Below are positions 37,701-44,083 of a stretch of DNA of 64,000 nt, one piece after another. The DNA is taken from contig NW_004797598.1 in NCBI RefSeq assembly GCF_000002075.1, positions 203,428 through 267,427 on the forward strand. The letters run 5' to 3'. The translations under genes were made by a program, and so were the position numbers. The DNA comes from Aplysia californica. Its lineage: Eukaryota. Position 1 is the stretch's first letter. Each line of letters opens with the position of its first letter. The notes beneath the pieces are model-generated. The model saw only the letters and a list, made by a program, of their open reading frames with translations. It was not told the origin of the DNA and did no database searches.

Positions 37701-39237
37701 GCTCTGTGCCCAGTCGCCCGCGGAACTTCTTTTGTCCTCATGTAGAGAACTATGAGAGCGTAGTTAAGTTAGGCTAGGTGCACATAGTAATCACGGGCCC
37801 AGACGGGTAGTCGGGTAAAGTGCAATCCAGCCTATTTAGATGTAGTCACGTGACCAGAGGGGTATCCCGATCTGATGCAACACAAGATGGCCGCCTTACC
37901 TAAAAATAGTATTATAGTTTGCGTCGCTCTACGCTTAGTCGCATTAGCATCTAACTGATAGCCTAAATTGAAATCAAAACATCGTCACTATGCCAATTCA
38001 CAAATTGATTTAGATATCTAGATTTTTAGATCTAGAGATAGATCTAATCTAGTAGGCTAATTTAAACTATAAAACTATTACTTTCACTTTCGCAAAAAAA
38101 TAGTCGAAGTCACCACCTTTCACTCTTTCAGATAGTGAAATCTTTCACATGAAGCTGCAGCAAGCAGCTTGCACCTCTGTGATTGGCCCAAATATAGTTG
38201 ACATATTTCCGCATCTATTTTTGTCGTCTTCCGGTCCCAAGATTCTCGGGTTTCTCTCGCCAGTAACTGTGACTAGATCTCACTGTGTTTGCTTTTTGGG
38301 TTTTTTAAAATTAGATCTTAATTTATGTTATCTTTTATAATCTCAGCAATTCTCGTTCAATAGATTTACCTTCTCCTCAAAGTATTACACACACACACAA
38401 GTTAAAGTTAAACACAATCGCATAATACGCACACACACACACACACACACAATAGCGAGCGCGTGCACACACACACGATGGTCGATGCACACGCATACAC
38501 ACGCACACAAGCCTGCGTGCACACATGACCCAAGCAGTCGGAGATGAAACCTAGTGATGTAACCCATTGTGCGCTAAGGGGCAAAGCGGGGCCCGTCAGC
38601 CGTCATGATGAGATCTAGACTAGTCAACTGGCCAGGGAAGCCCCGGAAGACGAAGAAAACAGATGGCGGAAATACGTATCAATGTTTCATTTGTTTGGGC
38701 CAATCACTGAATCAAAGAGGTGTGCTAGAGGTTCTCGCTGCAGCTTCATGTTACACCTGATCTTTCCCTCAGCCTCAAAACAAAACGATAAAGACCCAGG
38801 CTTAGACTTAGAATAGCTAAGACTAAGAGCAACTTTACATCGCCAGCGTCAGTTAAAACCTTTTCGACAGTAATAATCTGCAGTCATACTCACAAATCGG
38901 GCTGGGGCTAGATCTTGATCTAATTCACAAAAACAAAACAGCAGACTAGATCTAGATTCCAGATCTAGCCATCACTATCATGACTGGGATTGAGTTTTAG
39001 TGGGGAGTTGAGAGTTGAGGAAAAAACCTGTGTCAAGCACAAATACTACGAACATAGCAACGCTGAAAATATGAACGAAAGGCAGAAGCGCAACACACAT
39101 ATCTTCAGAGCAAAGAAACTTACTTGGGCTTGTATTCTACCGTCTTCGGTTACAATCCAATGAGTCGATCCGTTAGTTATTGTACATTTCTGTAGTACAA
39201 GACTGACAAGAACGACCAATGTTATGGTCGACGCCAT
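9842..39237 (-). CDS. TTC17: Tetratricopeptide repeat protein 17, multi-exon gene span, 3' end incomplete (19 coding exons, about 867 aa visible)
   Basis: The spliced translation starts with a signal-peptide-like segment, then THWIVTEDGRIQAQ-ADSVFNLRRPYDL...NEDRDTGLEQ. It contains TPR blocks WILYNMAAFYWRIKGN...ALISLANILH...NHFTLGNIYA and WILYNLAGLYWRIVGN...PLVNLANILY, which match recalled vertebrate TTC17. All introns are GT-AG with consistent phases. Confidence 0.95.
11413..11472 (-). CDS. TTC17: TTC17 exon 18 (60-nt symmetric exon, NAGNAG acceptor)
   Basis: Long U-tract plus ttttcag|TAG, GHCSGKGGKQFSTDQDDML, donor T|GTAAGT, phase 1 to 1. Confidence 0.68.
13411..13549. repeat. 43-bp minisatellite, about 3.3 units
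   Basis: GATTTCTTCAAAAAATTCTACTACTAATATAAGTATTCAGTCT is repeated. Confidence 0.9.
13790..14311. repeat. Compound (GT)n microsatellite region
   Basis: Several long GT tracts. Another tract is at 15454-15538. Confidence 0.9.
14430..14660. repeat. 21-bp minisatellite (TATTGTTTGATTATGTTGCTG) followed by TTG-rich low complexity
   Basis: Direct periodicity, which produces the spurious LLYCLIM ORF. Confidence 0.85.
15243..15424. mobile_element. MITE family D copy
   Basis: TSD GTATGG on both sides. Confidence 0.9.
15643..15790 (-). CDS. TTC17: TTC17 exon 17 (Cys-rich)
   Basis: ENNNEEKCIIETRSRNRVADCNGQCTQTCTITPVKMDGCSGDLNLENAI. The acceptor is strong. The donor A|GTACGG is weak and was chosen because the next exons need phase 1. 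Confidence 0.78.
17020..17670. repeat. Minisatellite of about 47 bp, about 14 units
   Basis: GTCACCTGCTTTGTC[A/G]T[A/T]ATGC[A/G]GTACTTGGCTTAGACCCAAAAAA periodicity. Confidence 0.92.
17694..17966 (-). CDS. TTC17: TTC17 exon 16 (TPR + linker)
   Basis: PSSHFFFGHLLWATRNYTGAAFHYEEALAYDPLHSSALDALRAMKCYIKY...ETESRVICKS, donor GTGAGT, phase 0 to 0. Confidence 0.92.
18686..18910 (-). CDS. TTC17: TTC17 exon 15 (TPR)
   Basis: NIGPQWILYNLAGLYWRIVGNNDHGIECIRRSIYLSPPQYRDIPLVNLANILYRYG...NDVE, phase 0 to 0. Confidence 0.95.
19450..19925 (-). mobile_element. Family A copy interrupted by an RTE fragment
   Basis: The 3' half is at 19450-19529 and the 5' half at 19822-19925. Confidence 0.85.
19530..19821 (-). 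mobile_element. 5'-truncated RTE-clade LINE 3' end
   Basis: Encodes WEERAEDRKRWRK...TCKHCHRVCASNIGKISH, the typical RTE ORF C-terminus. Short 3' hairpin (CGTCT...AGACG), (TACA)n tail, TSD AC[C/T]AGAATGTA at 19519-19529 and 19822-19832. Confidence 0.88.
20006..20083 (-). CDS. TTC17: TTC17 exon 14
   Basis: VLLSHVNDGLVTEEEVGQRILTALKK, phase 0 to 0. Confidence 0.91.
20127..20335 (+). mobile_element. tRNA-derived SINE family B (about 200 bp)
   Basis: A-box TGGTGTAGC.G, B-box GTT[C/T]GATTC, tail TGTGTTGATG...AAA. Other copies not listed separately: about 10480-10655(-), 15172-15236(+, head only), 18443-18640(+), 29073-29258(-), 31148-31330(-). Confidence 0.82.
20706..20901 (-). CDS. TTC17: TTC17 exon 13
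   Basis: VKELLTQAQGLDPAGQHPLPWYPPVC...YDHLKSVSYAERSRIPLKYNDPSMRK, phase 2 to 0. Confidence 0.92.
21692..22090 (-). mobile_element. Two adjacent family A copies (21692-21870, 21905-22090)
   Basis: Both match the family consensus along their length. Confidence 0.88.
22193..22323 (-). CDS. TTC17: TTC17 exon 12
   Basis: PTEHDVYTQSQWPKKDECDSMVKKVPDPRNLTTIYLSPENKGF (WP..EC and PENKG motifs), phase 0 to 2. Confidence 0.92.
22762..23112 (+). mobile_element. tRNA-derived CORE-like SINE family C with L2-like tail
   Basis: A-box GGTGGCCTATTGGTT, B-box GGTTCGAG, core TGTGTCCTTGGGAAAGGCACTT...AATGGGTACC, tail GCTATACAAATGC...(TAT)n. Other copies: 31748-31960(-, internally deleted), 19068-19178(-, head only). 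Confidence 0.82.
23240..23341 (-). CDS. TTC17: TTC17 exon 11
   Basis: SNPEKLNDSKADPKSPDYSQPVRAPLYSKYRKHK, good splice sites, open frame, phase 0 to 0. Confidence 0.8.
24244..24550. mobile_element. TTAA-flanked MITE (TIR CTCTTTCACTAC)
   Basis: TTAA|CTCTTTCACTAC...GTAGTGAAAGAG|TTAA. A related inverted copy is at about 59069-59588. Confidence 0.8.
24601..24790 (-). mobile_element. Family A copy abutting the TTC17 exon 10 donor
   Basis: TSD CTC[G/A]CCTCCT at 24591-24600 and 24791-24800, with an (AAAACT)4 tail. Confidence 0.9.
24796..24923 (-). CDS. TTC17: TTC17 exon 10
   Basis: DEYCRMVDRDGKQVLLCTWSRKSPTLDFDFAFLEDAPDKGKEE, ttttcag acceptor, donor GAG|GTGAGT, phase 1 to 0. Confidence 0.88.
24982..25161 (-). 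mobile_element. Family A copy upstream of the TTC17 exon 10 acceptor
   Basis: TSD AAACACTCGGC at 24971-24981 and 25162-25172. Confidence 0.9.
26699..26865 (-). CDS. TTC17: TTC17 exon 9
   Basis: SLQRTLKDLKDYQRKHDLYQSQSDKLL...DRSTEM, donor G|GTATGA chosen by phase (2 to 1). Confidence 0.88.
26905..27195. mobile_element. piggyBac-like MITE (TIR CCCTTCCAGC)
   Basis: TTAA|CCCTTCCAGC...GCTGGAAGGG|TTAA. A shorter TTAA element is at 28980-29060. Confidence 0.78.
27701..28248. repeat. Tandem repeat of about 120-135 bp containing the TTC17 exon 8 3' end and donor
   Basis: Four degenerate intronic copies of CCACCTGTGCTGAGCCTCGAGCGCCATCTCCAGTTTGGAGT plus the genuine exon copy. Confidence 0.9.
28202..28341 (-). 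CDS. TTC17: TTC17 exon 8 (TPR)
   Basis: VLGEYNKSIICFENTLKIQPDFEAAAKRRHAVLCHSKLEMALEAQH, donor CAG|GTGGGG, phase 0 to 2. Confidence 0.93.
28539..28737 (-). repeat. Tandem array (about 72-bp unit) of the family A 5' end, running into a gap
   Basis: GAGCAA.CCACACCAGAG.ACC...CAACCACCCAC occurs three times. Confidence 0.85.
28765..28915 (-). CDS. TTC17: TTC17 exon 7 (TPR)
   Basis: RLQKDVALISLANILHRAKFSNEAAILVHAALEVSKELNVNHFTLGNIYA, donor GTAAGT, phase 2 to 0. Confidence 0.94.
29621..29730 (-). CDS. TTC17: TTC17 exon 6 (TPR)
   Basis: NKTSWILYNMAAFYWRIKGNPYQAVECIRRALHHSP, phase 0 to 2. Confidence 0.94.
30113..30183. repeat. (GA)n plus poly-G
   Basis: Read directly from the sequence. Confidence 0.9.
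30971..31087 (-). CDS. TTC17: TTC17 exon 5
   Basis: GMKARHNLSGTPELGLKNAITHRENVDDYGHLVFEALNK, donor AAG|GTGAGA, phase 0 to 0. Confidence 0.92.
32189..32300 (-). CDS. TTC17: TTC17 exon 4
   Basis: PEEHIDINGSPNPHPKAPDCTAFMDLEFSMHAFEHLE, phase 2 to 0. Confidence 0.92.
32827..32941 (-). CDS. TTC17: TTC17 exon 3
   Basis: GLEQKFYKTNPDCIEAGKPLPEFDLYISTVLPLENKGI, donor AG|GTGGGT, phase 1 to 2. Confidence 0.92.
33446..33590 (-). CDS. TTC17: TTC17 exon 2
   Basis: ttttctag acceptor, ADSVFNLRRPYDLVAFVNQEDR...NEDRDT, donor G|GTAAAG, phase 0 to 1. Confidence 0.93.
38147..38751. mobile_element. Fold-back element with long imperfect TIRs (about 90-110 bp)
   Basis: ACATGAAGCTGCAGC...GATTGGCCCAAA...TCGTCTTCCGG (38147-38235) is mirrored at 38642-38751. 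No TSD resolved. Confidence 0.65.
39124..39237 (-). CDS. TTC17: TTC17 coding exon 1 (signal peptide + THWIVTEDG)
   Basis: caacATGGCG start, 38 codons, donor CAA|GTAAGT, ends in phase 0. Confidence 0.93.
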
Positions 39238-39350
39238 GTTGCGTCCACTATTGATATTGAATATTCATGAGTTCAACGATCAGCAATAAGTTCCGGTGAT
39301 GGGTGACGACTTGACGCTGTTCTCAGGGCGCACCAATGAGTTCGAGCCAA
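39238..39350 (-). promoter_or_regulatory. Probable TTC17 proximal promoter and 5' UTR
   Basis: Immediately upstream of the ATG and CpG-containing. ETS-like TTCCGG at about 39291, CCAAT at about 39333, and a YY1-like AACATGGCG overlapping the start codon. Confidence 0.55.
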
Positions 39351-39664
39351 GTCATTGCTCGATCAATTTTTAATTTATAAAATTATCGGAGAGACAGATC
39401 TAGATCAAGAGAGAAATGAGATGAACGTTTGTCGGAAGGAAGGAAACACATACACGCATGCGCTTGAACACAAGCGAATTCAAAAGGGGGAAGAAAAAAA
39501 TAATAATTAATATAACAATGAGGAAATGTTTTAGACATATATACATGTATTTTAACGAAAAACAATCGTGTAGGCTAGGTTGGCTTCGCAGGAGCATGTA
39601 GGATAGCCTATATGGTGCACCTCCCATTACACCTTTACCCGTTTTGTGCTCCTTTTATTTTATT

Positions 39665-39681
39665 GCTTTAGAATCATAAAT

Positions 39682-39759
<78 letters not shown>
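39665..39759. repeat. (TA)n microsatellite
   Basis: Read directly from the sequence. Confidence 0.95.
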
Positions 39760-40081
39760 TGGGATTCAGTGACGCCAAAAGCTTTCAATGAAATTATTTT
39801 CATCGATCCCTCTTCTCGAATCCTCGTCGCCCTCCCCTCAAAATGAAATTTAAAGTCAATAAACAATACATTTCTGCCTCTAGCCTTCTCTAATTTCAAG
39901 GTTTCTTAAATTGCTGTGTTTCAATAAATCGATAGGTTTTGCATTGATATCCACTCTGCTTTAATTCAGCCATTTCACTGCACAGGTACAGCAATAGATA
40001 TAGCGTGCCTGCGGCATTATTATATCAGAATTTTATGTACTGACATCAGTGCGGTTAGATATTCTCATATCAGATGATGAT

Positions 40082-40121
40082 GCTCCTAAGGAAGCCTACA
40101 TAATATGGCGAAACGTCGAGC
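40082..40121 (+). ncRNA. Degenerate Penelope-type minimal hammerhead ribozyme (probably inactive)
   Basis: GCTC-CTAAGGA-AGCC...GGC-GAAAC-GTC-GAGC. Stems I and II and the palindromic stem III are present, but the core CUGANGA has a G-to-A change. Confidence 0.6.
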
Positions 40122-40373
40122 CGATTCAATCAAAACTAATTTTAAATGTTTTATATAATTTATATTTGTGTCTGTAAATCAAGCAAGACGTACTCTCCCT
40201 CCTACTCTGCTTTTTAAACAATGATGATGCCCTTTCGACTCAAGACCTAAACATTGGCAACACCCTATGAAACATTACAGCAACTGCAGCAAACCTCTAG
40301 ACCTAGACTATACATGGCATTGGACAGTTAAGGGTGAAAGCCCAGCTGTTGCTGGATCGATAAGATTTGATGG

Positions 40374-40425
<52 letters not shown>
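40374..40425. repeat. (GAT)n microsatellite
   Basis: Read directly from the sequence. Confidence 0.95.
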
Positions 40426-40426
<1 letters not shown>

Positions 40427-40789
40427 GTAAAAGTCTTTTCTTATTCATCATACATTTGTTGAAACTTTCGTTTAAGTCTTTTCTTCTTTCTTTTTTTTAA
40501 TTCTTCTACAATGATGGCATGTGACAGGGATGATTTGGAACATCTGATGAAATATAAACAACAGTAGGGCGAGAATACATAGCGGTATTTTTTTTCTGCT
40601 GTTAATGTAAAACAATTCTGCTGCTGGTGGTTCTGATGATGATGGTGGAGATTATTATGATGATGATCTTCTCAGATGTTTATAACGTGAGGAAAACAAG
40701 GATGAGAGGCTATAATTTATTTTATATTCGGTTATAGCACACTTTTGAACCTGTCGAAATCAATTTTGTACGGAATTCTATTTTTCGGT

Positions 40790-41028
40790 TTTAATCGGCC
40801 ACGAAGTCCAACCAATCGTTATTTAGTTGACAAACGCAGGGCGGGCCCGTTGAAAAAATGGCCGCTGAATGTAAACAATAACAAAGTGCTGTCGGTTGTG
40901 GCGGACAGTGTCACACGAAAAAATACCAGCTTTTCTCTCGAACATGCATTTTATTGCATTTTAGTCATAGATGAGAACTTTGCATAGACGTTTAAACGTC
41001 TAACAATAAGGTGCTCTATTATACTGGC
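40790..41028 (+). promoter_or_regulatory. Probable NCAPH2 promoter and non-coding first exon
   Basis: CCAAT at 40812, GC-box GGGCGGG at about 40839, YY1-like AAAATGGCCG at about 40855, strong donor GTAAGT at 41029. The ATG-bearing exon has an acceptor at 43892, so an upstream exon is expected. Confidence 0.55.
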
Positions 41029-41149
41029 GTAAGTTTGAAAAAATAATTTCGTGATTGTGAGTGTCCCGCCTTCACACGTTTTGACATTTTCTATTTTCGG
41101 AAGGACCCGTAACGAACGACCAACCCCTTCACTTCAAACACAATAAAGA

Positions 41150-41760
41150 AGAGGCCTAACCCTAACCCAAACCCAAACCCTAACCCTAACCCTACCCCTA
41201 GATCTACCCCTACTCCTAGCCCTCAATTCTAAGAAAGTGGCTATTCTCACCCGCCCGGAAGTTCTAGCAAGATCTACTCCTCCCCTCTTCTCTCAGTCTC
41301 TCTCTCTCTCTGTCTCTTTCTGAATACTGTCTATCGGTGAGGACGATCAAATTGACCAAAACAAAGTTAAAAAATGATGTTAAAACACAAAAGTAAATTA
41401 ATTTGGTTGTCTACAAAGATGCTATGGCTATTTAACTTTTCGAATCGAGCCGAACTACGCGGGTCGCCATTTTGTTTTGTTCTCTCTCTTTCTCTCTCTC
41501 ACTCTCTCTCTCCACTGCCCACAGACAAAATTGTACGCTTTTAGTAGGCTACAAGTACAGTTGTAATGGAACGTTTGTTCACAGCACAGAATTCTACAAT
41601 TTTTCTGTTATCACAGTGTAGAATTCTGTGGTTTAGGGTGAACGCAAAATTTGTTGGCATAGATCTAGGATATAAGTTAACGGTGAACGCGCACCGGATG
41701 AGAATAGCCAAAAGACTCGCCTGCACTATTCTCATCCCGGGTGAGAATAGAGGTGGCCCA
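41150..41760. mobile_element. Helentron/HINE-like element with (CCCTAA)n tract
   Basis: Telomere-like repeats at about 41155-41200, subterminal inverted repeat GGCTATTCTCA.CCG (41239-41253 and 41695-41709), internal (CT)n, terminal hairpin at 41726-41750. Confidence 0.45.
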
Positions 41761-42017
41761 ATTCTAATCTGTCTTATAGTGGTCGCTCGTTACGGAAGTC
41801 TTCCCCTATTTTCTTTCCTAAATTTTCTTTTTGGTGACATGTTGAATGTTGCTTTTTAAAAAAACCCGAAGGGTTACACACTTTGGGCATTCCGGCCTTG
41901 ACATCACTACAATTAAATGTGTAAAGTAAAAAGAAAGTATGACTTGAAAAGTGGAATTGTAAAAAAAGCAATTCCTAGTTCTAAGACGTCTAGTCTAAGT
42001 CTAATGAAATGATGATA

Positions 42018-42852
42018 CAGTGGAGTGGAGTCCACTTATAACGATTCCTGAAACAACGAGAAGTCTGTTATAAAGACAGTATTCTAAAACCCCGTTTTTT
42101 CTCCTTCTTTATCTTTGTAAATAAAATACTGCTATTGCGCAATCAGAGAGTCACGCGAGTCGGTTTTAACGGAATATAGATCTAGCTGCTGCTGTGCACA
42201 GCGCGCAGACCAATTACAGTTCAGATATATTATAAAACCTTGCCAGTTGAGAAAGTTGTTGGTGATCCAGAGAAACAAAGAATGGGAGAGCCCACGCGAA
42301 CCAACAATGAAGGCCGGAGTGAATGAGTGTGGAGGGTGTGGCATGCGCAGACGAGCAGAACGCATCGCGTGATAGTTGATAGGCCAGCGCAGTCTAGATT
42401 ATCTAGGCATACCGTGCCTCTCACTTCTCTGGTGCGGGACAGAGAGGTCACAATGCTGTGATTTGTGATAGATGGAGTGAATGTGTGACGTGCACTAGCA
42501 GACGCAACGCACCACAGGGTGTGGTGGGGTGGGGGACAACACAGCGGGCGAGTTAGCCTAGAGCCAGGGCCCTTTCCTGCTGATCGCCAACGCCGAGCTG
42601 TCAACATTGCTAGTGCTAGAGAAAGAAACCTAATTCGATTTTTGATCAAGTAAGACCTAGATGTAGAGATCATGTTGAATTAATCATCATCAGGGGAAAT
42701 ACAAAAAGGAATAAACAGAACGCCAAACTCATAGATTAGGCCTATTTTACTATTTCCCTTGAATGTATTACTGGATCCCTTGTAACGAGAATCCTGCTAT
42801 AACGGACATTTCGCACTGGTCCCCTACCTCTCATTATAACAGGATTCTACTG
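42018..42852. mobile_element. Tc1/pogo (Tigger)-like non-autonomous element
   Basis: TA|CAGTGG...TCCACTTATAACGA and TCATTATAACAGGATTCTACTG|TA, with internal TATAACG repeats. Confidence 0.72.
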
Positions 42853-43966
42853 TAATAAAGAAGACCTTGTCGCCCCTGTATCCTGTGTGTCAGTGTCACT
42901 GTCAGTTGAGTGTCACTGACGTCACTGACACTGTGTGTGTGTGGNNNNNNNNNNNNNNNNNNNNNNNNNNNNNNNNNNNNNNNNNNNNNNNNNNNNNNNN
43001 NNNNNNNNNNNNNNNNNNNNNNNNNNNNNNNNNNNNNNNNNNNNNNNNNNNNNNNNNNNNNNNNNNNNNNNNNNNNNNNNNNNNNNNNNNNNNNNNNNNN
43101 NNNNNNNNNNNNNNNNNNNNNNNNNNNNNNNNNNNNNNNNNNNNNNNNNNNNNNNNNNNNNNNNNNNNNNNNNNNNNNNNNNNNNNNNNNNNNNNNNNNN
43201 NNNNNNNNNNNNNNNNNNNNNNNNNNNNNNNNNNNNNNNNNNNNNNNNNNNNNNNNNNNNNNNNNNNNNNNNNNNNNNNNNNNNNNNNNNNNNNNNNNNN
43301 NNNNNNNNNNNNNNNNNNNNNNNNNNNNNNNNNNNNNNNNNNNNNNNNNNNNNNNNNNNNNNNNNNNNNNNNNNNNNNNNNNNNNNNNNNNNNNNNNNNN
43401 NNNNNNNNNNNNNNNNNNNNNNNNNNNNNNNNNNNNNNNNNNNNNNNNNNNNNNNNNNNNNNNNNNNNNNNNNNNNNNNNNNNNNNNNNNNNNNNNNNNN
43501 NNNNNNNNNNNNNNNNNNNNNNNGGGGCATCCCCCTAGAAAACTCCCAGATTTTTTTAACATGCTAAATTAAATATTAGGTTATTAGACCTACAACACAC
43601 ACAAAAGTGTGTTATAGTTCGAAAAAAATTAAATGGTGAAATCTTTGCTTTCACTCCCGCAAATGCACTGCTTTGAGGGTTAAAAGCTGTAATTTTTGCT
43701 GCAGATCACACATATATAATGGCCACCTCAACTGCTGTAAATCAATAATAAATTGTTTTAAAGAAAATTAAAAACCTAATTGCAAGCATGAAATTATAGG
43801 GAAAAACTGGGGGGCATGCCCCCTTATAATCCCCCCTCCTCCCCCTCCCGATTATTTTAAAAATGATAACCAACTATTTTTATATATTTCAGGTTAAAAG
43901 TCTAAAGAAGTAACTGCCTGAACTCTGTTTTGTTGCCCAAGTCTGTGTCCACTCAATACATGAACA

Positions 43967-44083
43967 ATGTCGTTCTCGTCATCTCAAGAAGAGAGGTTTT
44001 CAGCAATACTGCAGCCCATAAGAGACCTTGCCAGAAATTGGGACATTGATATTGCCCATTATTTGGAAGAGTATTTAGAAGAT
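43967..44083 (+). CDS. NCAPH2: NCAPH2 first coding exon (exon begins at 43893 with 5' UTR)
   Basis: acaATGTCG start, [39 protein letters not shown], donor GTGAGT, acceptor tttcag at 43892. Confidence 0.93.

Noticed and set aside
36911-37777. 112-aa and 142-aa plus-strand ORFs in TTC17 intron 1
   Set aside because: They have no recognisable domain or splice structure. Locally higher GC content explains the open frames.
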